Numbered from the stretch's first letter, positions 8,091 through 17,145 are shown. The stretch is 64,000 nucleotides of DNA from Candidatus Woesearchaeota archaeon (GCA_018646625.1 JABGUJ010000002.1:412843-476842); one strand, 5' to 3'. The notes: generated by a model from the sequence alone, not told the origin. Translations and numbers: made by a program.

Positions 8091-9452
8091 TTATTGAAAT
8101 CTAGTTTGAGATGTTTCATCTTGATGTGCATATCTGCCAGTTAGTTCGTCAACTAGCGAGTTTAGTTGTGGAGATGTTTCAACAGCATATTGTTCTGCAG
8201 CCCTAACTCCTTTAACAGTCCCAGGCATTTTTGCAACGCAATCTTGCGCATACTCTCTGATATCTACCAAAGACCGTTTAGCAGATACTCTTTGTCCATC
8301 TTTTACAACCAGTTCTAAAAGTGGCGTTCCTTGAACTTCTTCCCCATCTAGAGCTAAGATGTCATGAGAATAGTCTCCATCTTCATCATCTACTCTGTAC
8401 ACTTGTTTCTTTCCTGGATACGTTTTCTTACCAGGGGCAAGTTTTATTTTTGCACCACCATCATCTTCTACAAGTTTGTATACTCCTGAGATGGCAGCAA
8501 CAGGTTTCGCAGTGATCATTTCAGTACCAACACCATAACCATCTATTTGCGCACCAGAATTAATCAAATCATCAATCTTGTATTCGTTTAAGTCATTGCT
8601 TGCAACAACTCTAACATAATCACAACCTTCTTCATCTAGAATTTCTCGTACTTTTATTGAGAGGTCACCAAGATCTCCCGAGTCTAATCTTACTGCACCA
8701 AGTTTCTTTCCGTTTGCTTCTAGTTCTTTAGCCACAATTGATGCGTTTCTTGCACCTTGTTCAGTGTCATAGGTGTCAATAAGTAGTGTTGCGTTATCAG
8801 GAAATGTTTTCACATACGCTCGAAATGCATCAAGTTCAGTTGGAAAACTCATAACAAAACTGTGAGCGTGTGTTCCAGATATCGGAATACCATATTCCTT
8901 ACCTGCTTTAACATTACTAGTAGCAACTGCGCCTCCAATGTATGTGGCCCTTGCACCTTTCATGGCTCCATCTTCTTCTTGTCCTCTTCTTAATCCAAAG
9001 TCAACAACTTTTGCATCTCCTGCAGCACTTGCAACTCTGTTTGCTTTTGTAGCCACCATGGTTTGAAAGTTGATTGTGTTTAGTAATGCGGATTCTAGAA
9101 ACTGTGCTTGAGTTCGCTTTGCAGTAACTCTCATGATTGGGGTGTTGGGTGCGAAAGGAGTTCCTTCAGGCACCGCATGAATTTCTCCTTCAAACTTAAA
9201 ATCTGCAAGAACATCTAAGAATTCTTCCGCAAACATACCTTGTTGTCTTAGATAATCAATATCATCTTCTTGAAATTGTATATTGGTTGCATAATCAATT
9301 GCATCTTCAATTCCATTTGCAATAAAAAATCCCCAGTCTTGTGGGAGTTTTCTCACAAATAGATCAAAAGTTGCAGTGTCATCTTTTTGATTATCAAAGT
9401 ATGCAGCATTCATTGTTATTTGATATAAATCCGTTAATAGTGTTTTGTTCAT
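8091..9452 (-). CDS. pncB: Nicotinate phosphoribosyltransferase
   Basis: LLTDLYQITM, DFGLRR, GTHAHS, LIDTYD, VRLDSGD and GVYKL motifs. Confidence 0.95.
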   Translation of the reverse strand: MNKTLLTDLYQITMNAAYFDNQKDDTATFDLFVRKLPQDWGFFIANGIEDAIDYATNIQFQEDDIDYLRQQGMFAEEFLDVLADFKFEGEIHAVPEGTPFAPNTPIMRVTAKRTQAQFLESALLNTINFQTMVATKANRVASAAGDAKVVDFGLRRGQEEDGAMKGARATYIGGAVATSNVKAGKEYGIPISGTHAHSFVMSFPTELDAFRAYVKTFPDNATLLIDTYDTEQGARNASIVAKELEANGKKLGAVRLDSGDLGDLSIKVREILDEEGCDYVRVVASNDLNEYKIDDLINSGAQIDGYGVGTEMITAKPVAAISGVYKLVEDDGGAKIKLAPGKKTYPGKKQVYRVDDEDGDYSHDILALDGEEVQGTPLLELVVKDGQRVSAKRSLVDIREYAQDCVAKMPGTVKGVRAAEQYAVETSPQLNSLVDELTGRYAHQDETSQTRFQ

Positions 9453-9465
9453 TTTGAGTCTCCTT

Positions 9466-9482
9466 TGTGTATTATATACACT
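9466..9482. promoter_or_regulatory. Putative NrtR operator 2
   Basis: TGTGT-ATTATAT-ACACT beside the pncB RBS. Confidence 0.75.
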
Positions 9483-9590
9483 TACTATCTGATTTTTTTA
9501 GCCCAAATAAAGCAAAATAAAGGTTTTAGGCCTTTTATTGCCCTATTCAGGCATATTAGGTGGGAAAACCACCAATGTGTTTAACCACTT

Positions 9591-9607
9591 AGTGTATAGT
9601 ATACACC
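9591..9607. promoter_or_regulatory. Putative NrtR operator 3
   Basis: AGTGT-ATAGTAT-ACACC just downstream of the minus-strand BRE/TATA (GAAAAGTTTAAATA, 9614-9627). Confidence 0.75.
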
Positions 9608-9656
9608 AACAACTATTTAAACTTTTCTATGGTTCAGAATAACAATATATAAAGAA

Positions 9657-10340
9657 CTAAACAAAGACTTGAATCTTGTCTTTTAGTGTGCTGAATTTCT
9701 TGGTTCTGAACTTGTGTAATAAAGCAGGCCTATGAGCGCCCTCCATCTTTGTTTCTTTAGTTTCCTGCAAGAAATCAAGAGCTTTTATTCTCTTTCTAAA
9801 GTTTCGTTTATCTAACTCTTTTCCTAGCACAACTTCGTAAAGAGTTTGCAACTCAGATAATGTAAACTTATCAGGTAATAATTGTGCTGCGATGTTAGTC
9901 GTTTGAATATCATATCTTAACTCTTGCAAGCAATCAGAAAGAATCATATTATGGTCAAAAGCCAAAGTTTTAATATCTTCTACAGGAATCCATTCTGCAA
10001 CTAGAGCGTCGGTATCTGCTTTTAATTTAAACTTTTCAGAGTCTATTAATGCAATGTAAACAACAGTAACAACACGACCTCTTGGATCTCTGCTAACATC
10101 ACCATACGCATTTAGCTTCTTCATAAAAATATTCTTGACTCCTGTTTCTTCTTCAAGTTCTCTTGCCGCAGCATCTTCTAAATTTTCGTTGTTTTCAACG
10201 AAACCACCAGGTATTGCATATTGACCTTTGAATGGATCATACTTTCTCCGGATTAGAAGTAGATTTAATTCGCCTTGAATTACAGTAAATACCGCAACAT
10301 CTGCTGCCAGTTTTATCTTTTGCTTAGATGACCCCATCAA
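9657..10340 (-). CDS. nrtR: Nudix-related transcriptional regulator NrtR
   Basis: N-terminal Nudix domain plus wHTH (FTLSELQTLYE...DKRNFRKR...GAHRPA). Confidence 0.93.
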   Translation of the reverse strand: MMGSSKQKIKLAADVAVFTVIQGELNLLLIRRKYDPFKGQYAIPGGFVENNENLEDAAARELEEETGVKNIFMKKLNAYGDVSRDPRGRVVTVVYIALIDSEKFKLKADTDALVAEWIPVEDIKTLAFDHNMILSDCLQELRYDIQTTNIAAQLLPDKFTLSELQTLYEVVLGKELDKRNFRKRIKALDFLQETKETKMEGAHRPALLHKFRTKKFSTLKDKIQVFV

Positions 10341-10341
10341 A

Positions 10342-10358
10342 AGTGTATTAGATACACC
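10342..10358. promoter_or_regulatory. Putative NrtR operator 4 (autoregulation)
   Basis: AGTGT-ATTAGAT-ACACC between the nrtR TATA box (TTTATAAA, about 10360-10367) and its start. Confidence 0.75.
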
Positions 10359-10438
10359 ATTTATAAATCTTGTGAGGTGAATACAACAAAACCTTTTTAA
10401 AGCATTTCAGCTCATATTGTATAAAAAGAGGTGTTAAA

Positions 10439-11005
10439 ATGGGTGGAATGTTATCTCTGTTGATTTTTGTGATTATATTATTAGTTTTGTTAATACTACT
10501 TTTCTTAATGATAAGAAGAGTTTCTAGACTAGGTGAAGGTGTTTCTAGGATTGAAAAGTTTGAAAAACAAGAATCTCAAGATATTAATGAGATTAAAGCA
10601 GGAATGTCAAGATCTTCTATGGATTATCGAACTGATTTGTCAAGAATTGAAAAATTGACTAAGCAAATTGACTCTGAGTTGGCGCAACTTGAAAAAATGA
10701 GGGGCGTTAGTAGGGATAAGTTTAGAGCTGTAGCATCACAATCAGATGTTGTTAAACCAGTGAAAATGACCGCACCTCCTACGTATAAGCGGGTTGTTGC
10801 TAAGAAATCTCCTGTTGCTAAAAAGCAAAGAGTTGTGATTAGTGTTAAAAGAAAGAAACCTGTGAAGAAAAAAGTAGTTGTTAGAGTTCGAAAACCGGCT
10901 AAGAAGAAAGCTGTGAAGAAAAAAGTTGTTAAAAGAAAGCCTGTTAAAAAAAAAGTAGCTAAGAAGAAGGCTACTAAGAAAAAAACAACTAAGAGAAAAC
11001 GCTAA
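10439..11005 (+). CDS. Membrane-anchored protein with coiled coil and histone-H1-like Lys-rich tail
   Basis: N-terminal hydrophobic helix and repeated KKPVKKK-type units; GAGGTG RBS. Confidence 0.75.
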   Translation: MGGMLSLLIFVIILLVLLILLFLMIRRVSRLGEGVSRIEKFEKQESQDINEIKAGMSRSSMDYRTDLSRIEKLTKQIDSELAQLEKMRGVSRDKFRAVASQSDVVKPVKMTAPPTYKRVVAKKSPVAKKQRVVISVKRKKPVKKKVVVRVRKPAKKKAVKKKVVKRKPVKKKVAKKKATKKKTTKRKR

Positions 11006-11014
11006 TTTCTTTTT

Positions 11015-11659
11015 TTATTTTTCTTCTGATTTTATGTATCCCTTAAGCAGCATTCTGCCCGGTGTGGAAAGACTAATCTTAACTTTCCCTTTAACTTCTT
11101 CAGTATCAACTAAACCCATTGTCTTTAACCCTTCAGATTTTAGATTACCGTTAATGTGATATGAAATAAGAGGTAGAGACATTCCCGATCGTTTTGATAG
11201 TTCATCCAAAGAAGCGCAGCAACTTTTGTCGTGCATTATTTTTAGAAGACTCATCTTCTTTTCACCAATGTCTTTGTAGTATGAAAATTTTAGAACAGGT
11301 AACATCATTAGTGCATCTCCTTGTACCGCGAATGCTTTTAATCCATTAACAAAAGCAGCAGATGTTGCAGCACATCTTGATTCTCTGTCTCCAGTTGAGA
11401 CGTTGATCATCAAGTCTCCAGGATCAAATTGTTTTAGCTTTGCTACCTCTTTGAAGATTGCTTCCCAGATGTTTCCTTCAATCTCAACAATTCTTGTTGG
11501 GACTTTAAATTTGTCTAATGACTCTTTTGTTTCATTAGCCACGTCTAGTTTATCTTTAGGTGCTAGAAGAATAACTCGTTCAGTAGGGAACTCTCTAATG
11601 CTTACAAAAATATCTTCTATGTAATCCCCAACAGGCGCAATGATTGTCTTTTTGCTCAT
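11015..11659 (-). CDS. Archaeal regulator, CARF-like N-domain plus wHTH (HFX_2341/DUF6293-like)
   Basis: INVSTG..R motif and C-terminal HTH (SLDELSKRSGMSLPLISYHING). Confidence 0.7.
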   Translation of the reverse strand: MSKKTIIAPVGDYIEDIFVSIREFPTERVILLAPKDKLDVANETKESLDKFKVPTRIVEIEGNIWEAIFKEVAKLKQFDPGDLMINVSTGDRESRCAATSAAFVNGLKAFAVQGDALMMLPVLKFSYYKDIGEKKMSLLKIMHDKSCCASLDELSKRSGMSLPLISYHINGNLKSEGLKTMGLVDTEEVKGKVKISLSTPGRMLLKGYIKSEEK

Positions 11660-11680
11660 GTATTGGTTTATAGAGAGTTT

Positions 11681-11701
11681 GTTTATTAAATCTTTTGTTT
11701 A
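11681..11701. repeat. 21-bp direct repeat copy 1 (minus-strand promoter core)
   Basis: GTTTATTAAATCTTTTGTTTA, identical to 12907-12927. Confidence 0.8.
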
Positions 11702-11709
11702 TAATATTT

Positions 11710-12885
11710 CTAAGGTTTATCTTTTACAAACATGAACAATGCGATTGCAATAATCATAAATGAAGTGCTAATCGCATATGCGGTGTTAATGTTCCAAAGA
11801 TCCGCACAATAGCCTATAAAAGGTGTTACAACCCCCATACCGAGCCTACTCACTAAGTTATTTATTGACAGCACTGTGGCGCGTTTTGAAGATGGTATTT
11901 CTATATTCAAAAAATGCTCCATTATGGGACCTCTCAGACCATAAAATATTGATGTAATAACCAAGAACACTATTGCAAGAACCCCATTAGTCAAAGTTGC
12001 AATGAATAAAAAGACCATTGTTAGAATTGTTGCTATGATAAGTGTGTTTTTGTTGCCCAACCACTCAGACACTCTATGAGAGAAAAAGAATCCGACTGAC
12101 GAACAAGCGTATGTGAATCCAAATACTATTCCAAAGTATTCAATAGGGATGTTCTTGAAATCAAAAAATAGAGGTTTAAGTAAATGAATAGACTCACCAA
12201 ATGCAATTATTATTAGACCTGCAGCAATTAGAAGTAGGAGCTGTTTATTATTCAGAACCACTCTCGACGAGTTCCGCATTTGTTTGAATATATTTCTATG
12301 AATTTCTTTTTTGTATTTTGGTTCCTCGATAAACAAAGTAACGATTAATGCGATAATGAAAGGAATAAGCGATAATAGAATTGGTAGTTTTAGTGAAAAC
12401 GTTGCAAAGAATCCTCCAGCAACGGATCCAATTATTGCACCGAAAGGCCACAGAGAATTCAAGATGCCCGTGATTTTCTTGTAATGTTTCTCTTTCTTTT
12501 CTTGTTTTAGAGTATCATATATTATTGATGAATCTGTTCCGCTAACTAATGCAGCACCTGCCGCGGTTAAGATTGCAAAAATCACAAACATCGCCATACT
12601 ACCCCCTATGTAAAGGAACACTATGCCCGAGGTAAAGATTAAGTTTGCAAGAAGATATGTCTTTTTTCTACCAAACAAGTCGGCGATTGCCCCGGTTGGA
12701 ATCTCTAAAATTGCCGCAGTAATAGCTTGGACGGTGAATATCAGCGCCACATTTGTAACCGAAAATAATTCTTTTTCAATATATAATGCAAGAATTGGAA
12801 TAAAGAAGGTAAAGCCTATTATAAATTCTATAATTCCAACTAAAGCTATGTTTCTTGACTTTATCTTGAATTTTCTAAACAACAT
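11710..12885 (-). CDS. MFS transporter
   Basis: About 12 hydrophobic segments; EIPTGAIADLFGRK motif A. Confidence 0.9.
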   Translation of the reverse strand: MLFRKFKIKSRNIALVGIIEFIIGFTFFIPILALYIEKELFSVTNVALIFTVQAITAAILEIPTGAIADLFGRKKTYLLANLIFTSGIVFLYIGGSMAMFVIFAILTAAGAALVSGTDSSIIYDTLKQEKKEKHYKKITGILNSLWPFGAIIGSVAGGFFATFSLKLPILLSLIPFIIALIVTLFIEEPKYKKEIHRNIFKQMRNSSRVVLNNKQLLLLIAAGLIIIAFGESIHLLKPLFFDFKNIPIEYFGIVFGFTYACSSVGFFFSHRVSEWLGNKNTLIIATILTMVFLFIATLTNGVLAIVFLVITSIFYGLRGPIMEHFLNIEIPSSKRATVLSINNLVSRLGMGVVTPFIGYCADLWNINTAYAISTSFMIIAIALFMFVKDKP

Positions 12886-12906
12886 CCTAGAATGTATCTT
12901 TAATTC

Positions 12907-12927
12907 GTTTATTAAATCTTTTGTTTA
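12907..12927. repeat. 21-bp direct repeat copy 2 (minus-strand promoter core)
   Basis: Identical to 11681-11701. Confidence 0.8.
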
Positions 12928-13431
12928 ATTAAGTCCAGAAATAAATGCCTTAACGGCCGCAATAAAAGTAGGTGCGCAATTATCTGCGTCTTCGGCCACT
13001 ATTTTTGATATTTCGTCTAGAGAGATTGCCTCAAAATATTGTACTTCTCTAGGATCAGGTTTGAAGACGTTAATGTCTACTTCGTTTTTTGTTGTAAAGA
13101 TTGAGAATATTGCTTTATAATGATCTTCATCGTACTTGAACTCGGCTACTTTTTCAACATCAAACGATACACTAGCCTCTTCTTTAAATTCTCTTAATGC
13201 TGCTTGCTCGTAAGATTCTTCTGCAGAAACTTTTCCGCCAATGCCGCAAGTCCATGTATTAGGAAATGGATGTTTGTCTTTTGCTCGCATTGCAAAGATA
13301 AATTTGTTGTTTTCCCCTTTAGGTATGACTAAAGAAACTTTGTGAGGAAACATTCTTTCTTTTAGCTCAGCTATTGGGCGCTTCGCCACTAAGTTTCCAT
13401 CCCAGTCAATCTCTTCAATTAGTTCAGTCAT
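12925..13431 (-). CDS. Nudix hydrolase (IDI/YfcD-like)
   Basis: GGKVSAEESYEQAALREFKEE Nudix box. Confidence 0.8.
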   Translation of the reverse strand: MTELIEEIDWDGNLVAKRPIAELKERMFPHKVSLVIPKGENNKFIFAMRAKDKHPFPNTWTCGIGGKVSAEESYEQAALREFKEEASVSFDVEKVAEFKYDEDHYKAIFSIFTTKNEVDINVFKPDPREVQYFEAISLDEISKIVAEDADNCAPTFIAAVKAFISGLN

Positions 13432-13458
13432 ATCTTTGCTCTATTGTAGTAATTTATA

Positions 13459-14442
13459 TTATTTATGCTTTAAAGAGAATGCTAAGTATCTCGCAATATA
13501 GTGTAAGGGGCTTGTTCTGAACATGTTGAGTTGATAGCCACAAGAGGAGAAGCAATCCTCGCATTCAGGGTAAGAAGTATGTTGAAGTTGGTGAATTTGT
13601 TCTGGTGTTATGGTATCTGCTATTCCAGACTTTCCAGATAGTCTGCTGCAAAGATCAATATGATTATCAGTACTAACAACCAACGTTTTTTCACAGCTCC
13701 ATTCTATTGGTTGTTGTAACCATTGCTGTCCTTTTGTAAAGTAAGATGGAAAGTTTAATACAATTCCTCCAGGTTTGGCTTCTTGTTCTAATAATCTTAA
13801 TAGGGGTTCTAGATCTGATTGGTTGTATGGTGTTCTTTCTTCTTCTGGTGAGTTGAACATAAAACCAAAAGTTATTGGTACGTTGTATTCTTTGCAAAAA
13901 TCTAGTAATCTTCTTGCGTCTTCAACTGCTTCTTGTTGTGGTAAAATTACAGAGTGCAAAATACAACCAACACCTTGTTGTTGTGCATGTTGAATTATTC
14001 TTGGAAAGTTAGGGTTAGCTTCAACAGATTTTCTTGAGAAAGGATTTTCTTTGTATGTGTCAACCGAGATTTCCATTAAATTTAATCCTGCAGCCGCATA
14101 TCTTGTTACTACTTCTTTTGTTAGTATGGATCCATTGGTTGTAATTCCAGTGAATAATGCTCTTTTGTTTGCTTTTGCGATTATTTGATCCAAGTCATCT
14201 CTCAGTGTCGGTTCGCCTTTACCCATTAACCAAACTACAGCAATCCCTAAATTATCCAATAAATCTAATCGTTCTGCAAGTTGTTCTAATGTTGGATTTC
14301 TTGCTTTGCCCTCTAGATTGCAATAATCGCAACTAAGATTACAAGTATCAGTTACACCCAGATGAGCGGCAAACGGTCTGTCGTAAATCTTTGCTTGCAA
14401 GTATCTCGTAATGGCTTTTACTAATGTTTTTACAGGTAACAT
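13459..14442 (-). CDS. Radical SAM protein with C-terminal Cys cluster
   Basis: CNLSCDYC, GEPTLR and TTNG motifs; C-terminal CEDCFSSC. Confidence 0.88.
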   Translation of the reverse strand: MLPVKTLVKAITRYLQAKIYDRPFAAHLGVTDTCNLSCDYCNLEGKARNPTLEQLAERLDLLDNLGIAVVWLMGKGEPTLRDDLDQIIAKANKRALFTGITTNGSILTKEVVTRYAAAGLNLMEISVDTYKENPFSRKSVEANPNFPRIIQHAQQQGVGCILHSVILPQQEAVEDARRLLDFCKEYNVPITFGFMFNSPEEERTPYNQSDLEPLLRLLEQEAKPGGIVLNFPSYFTKGQQWLQQPIEWSCEKTLVVSTDNHIDLCSRLSGKSGIADTITPEQIHQLQHTSYPECEDCFSSCGYQLNMFRTSPLHYIARYLAFSLKHK

Positions 14443-14484
14443 GTACTGAAAACAAAGTTATTTGGATAAAAAACAGCAGTTTAA

Positions 14485-15345
14485 ATGGTGTTAAACAAAA
14501 CGTTTAAAAATAAACCAATTGTTGATGTGATTATGTTGGCAAATATTTTCCCACCTAAAGAGTCGTTGAAGAATATTGTTATGAACATCTTAATTTCTTG
14601 CAAGGATGAAGAGTTGTCTGTAGAAGAAATCAGATCAAAGATAAAGAAGAATTACAATAAATCTTTTACGTATCAAGGAATAAACAAGATACTAATTCAC
14701 TTTAAAGAGGAGGATATAGTTGAGAGGAAAGATAAGGCTTGGAGAGTAAAGAAAGAATGGTGCAAGGGAATTTGTTCTGTACTGGACAGCTATTCTCAGA
14801 AAGGTCAAGCGCCAGTGTATACGCCAGAGATGAGAACTGTCACGTTCAAATGTGTAGGAGAGGCTTTCGATTTCATACTAAAGAACATTGAGTCTGGAGC
14901 GTTGAAGAATAATGGAGAAGATTTGTTTATTTCTCATGTTAAGAACATTGCATTTTTTGGAATAGATAGTAAACAAAAACAATTATTGAAAAGAATTGCT
15001 AAGAGATCTCGTTGTATGTTTCTCGTTGAGAAGAAAAATATTATTAATAGTTTAATTGCAAAATACTTTAAGACGATTGGTATTGAAGTTTATTTAGGAA
15101 TTCCTCGTTCTACACCGTATACGACAACCATTTATGGAGATACTGTGTATTTAACATACTCTCAAGGAATGGTAGAGTATATGGAAAATATGTACAAAGG
15201 GGTTACTACTAAGAATATGACGGGGTTGATGGACGTGTTTGACGCCATTAAGGAGAATACAAATTATCCTGTTAAGTTCACATTTGAAACAGATAAAGCA
15301 ATTGTTCAACAAACTAAAGAATATTTTTTGAAATTGATTATCTAG
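14485..15345 (+). CDS. Hypothetical protein with N-terminal wHTH, probable regulator
   Basis: LSVEEIRSKIKK..FTYQGINKIL helix pattern; divergent from the radical SAM gene; true start may be the ATG at 14533. Confidence 0.55.
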   Translation: MVLNKTFKNKPIVDVIMLANIFPPKESLKNIVMNILISCKDEELSVEEIRSKIKKNYNKSFTYQGINKILIHFKEEDIVERKDKAWRVKKEWCKGICSVLDSYSQKGQAPVYTPEMRTVTFKCVGEAFDFILKNIESGALKNNGEDLFISHVKNIAFFGIDSKQKQLLKRIAKRSRCMFLVEKKNIINSLIAKYFKTIGIEVYLGIPRSTPYTTTIYGDTVYLTYSQGMVEYMENMYKGVTTKNMTGLMDVFDAIKENTNYPVKFTFETDKAIVQQTKEYFLKLII

Positions 15346-16928
15346 AAACCGTCGCCATCACAATCGTAATCAGAATCGTCAAGATCTTCAAGCTCGTAGT
15401 CTCCATCTTCCCAGTCTTCTAAGATGTCTTCTAAATCTCCAGTATCAGGGAAGTCGCATTTCCAATCATCGCCTTCTACAGATTCAGCATCGTCTTGTGC
15501 GTCTTCTTCCAAGTCATCTATTTCATTATCAGAATAACCATCATCTTCTAGATCATCAATGTAACTGTTTTTGAAGTCTAATGCAACTCGTGTGGTTTCA
15601 AAAGAAACTCGGCAATCATCGTTGCTAGTTTCTTTTTCTATAATTATTTCAGTTGTTATCTCCATGTCAACTGTGTTGTTATCCCATTCTACCTTGAATA
15701 TTAATTCAGCAGGATCACAATCTGCCAATTCATCTAAGAAGCATTGAAGATCTTCATCACAATCAACGGTGCTTTCTTCACAAACATAATCATCTAAATC
15801 ATCTAAATCGTATTTGTCATCATCCCAGTCTTCAAGGATAGTTTCAAGATTATTAGTGTTGGCAAAACAAGCTAAGAAATCCTCTCCTTCTATATCATCA
15901 GCCTCGTCTTGCTCATCATCTTCCATGTCGTCTATTTCATTATCTGAATGTCCGTCATCTTCTAGTTCTTCAATATAATCATCAGTAAAATCAATATCAA
16001 TGTTTTTCGTTTCAAAGAAAACTTCACACTCATCATCGCTGTTTTCTCCTTTAATTTCCATGTAAGTTCTTGCTCGAACTATAATATCATTATCGTCATC
16101 TTTAGCAGTATAATCAACTTCTGCATAGTCGCAATCTTCTAATGCGTCAAGGAAGCAATCTAAATCATCACAGTCTTCTGAAGCGCTACTGCAGTCATCA
16201 TCTTCACTGTATGAACAACCGTCAGGACAGAAATCATCATCATCTTTACAATCACTTATTTCAAAATTAACACATCTTGATGGATTACCAAACAAACAAA
16301 CATCTTCGGTGTATGTCTTACCATCTTCGCAGTCAGAATCTTCAGTACAAGTCTTTACACTCTCGTGCATACACTTAGCATCTGCAGTAGTTGGTTTATC
16401 ACATGTATCTATAGTGGTTGATTTATCATCATCACATTCAGAATCTTTACAGCAAGCATAAGCAGCACAAACATGATCTTCAACATATTGGCAGCTACCA
16501 CAAGTTACCGTTTCGCAAGCGTGATCTGTACAGATTTCATTATCTTTACACTCTTTAGTTTCACAACATTCATGATCTACACATTCATTAGTTTCAGAAC
16601 TTAAGTATTGGCAATCGCCACAAACAACCATTTGGCACTTGTTATCTTCACAAATGTTGCCATCAGTACAATCAGAATCATCACAGCATTCATGATCTGC
16701 GCAAGCATGTTTTCGTTCATCTAGAAATTGACATTCTCCACATTCAGGATTAATACAAGTGTTGTTCTGACAGGTTTGATCACCTAAGCAACCAACATCA
16801 AGGCAGCAAGTATTCCAGTCCTCACCTTCATCAACATAAGCATTTCCACACTCAGGAGTGTATCCACAGCCAGCGATCAGTATAAGAGAAAGTGCTAATA
16901 GCAGGATTATATGTTTTCTAGCTACCAT
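15342..16928 (-). CDS. Cys-rich, highly acidic surface lipoprotein
   Basis: Lipobox LIAGC, Cys repeats and a duplicated acidic domain. Confidence 0.8.
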   Translation of the reverse strand: MVARKHIILLLALSLILIAGCGYTPECGNAYVDEGEDWNTCCLDVGCLGDQTCQNNTCINPECGECQFLDERKHACADHECCDDSDCTDGNICEDNKCQMVVCGDCQYLSSETNECVDHECCETKECKDNEICTDHACETVTCGSCQYVEDHVCAAYACCKDSECDDDKSTTIDTCDKPTTADAKCMHESVKTCTEDSDCEDGKTYTEDVCLFGNPSRCVNFEISDCKDDDDFCPDGCSYSEDDDCSSASEDCDDLDCFLDALEDCDYAEVDYTAKDDDNDIIVRARTYMEIKGENSDDECEVFFETKNIDIDFTDDYIEELEDDGHSDNEIDDMEDDEQDEADDIEGEDFLACFANTNNLETILEDWDDDKYDLDDLDDYVCEESTVDCDEDLQCFLDELADCDPAELIFKVEWDNNTVDMEITTEIIIEKETSNDDCRVSFETTRVALDFKNSYIDDLEDDGYSDNEIDDLEEDAQDDAESVEGDDWKCDFPDTGDLEDILEDWEDGDYELEDLDDSDYDCDGDGF

Positions 16929-17010
16929 TAAAGGTTGTTAATACATTGTCATATATAAAATAAATGGATCTGGAGTATAATTTATATACTAAAGTTACCT
17001 AGTTCTCATT

Positions 17011-17133
17011 ATGAAAGAGAAAAGAGCAAAAAAGGAATATCTCGACTATCTGAATGGAGTAAGAAAGCAACCCTTTATTCGTATAGGATCCGGTGAAGAT
17101 TTCAGAAAGAGATATGGCTTAGATGAAGAATAA
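17011..17133 (+). CDS. Small ORF (40 aa), possible antitoxin-like fragment
   Basis: MKEKRAKKEYLDYLNGVRKQPFIRIGSGEDFRKRYGLDEE*; TATA box TTTATATA at 16981. Confidence 0.4.
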   Translation: MKEKRAKKEYLDYLNGVRKQPFIRIGSGEDFRKRYGLDEE

Positions 17134-17145
17134 TTCTTAATTTTC

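Noticed and set aside
3765..9452. NAD operon as a phage NARP1/NARP2 pathway
   Set aside because: It uses the deamidating PncA/PncB/NadE route, lacks NadV and Adps/Namat, and has no phage genes nearby
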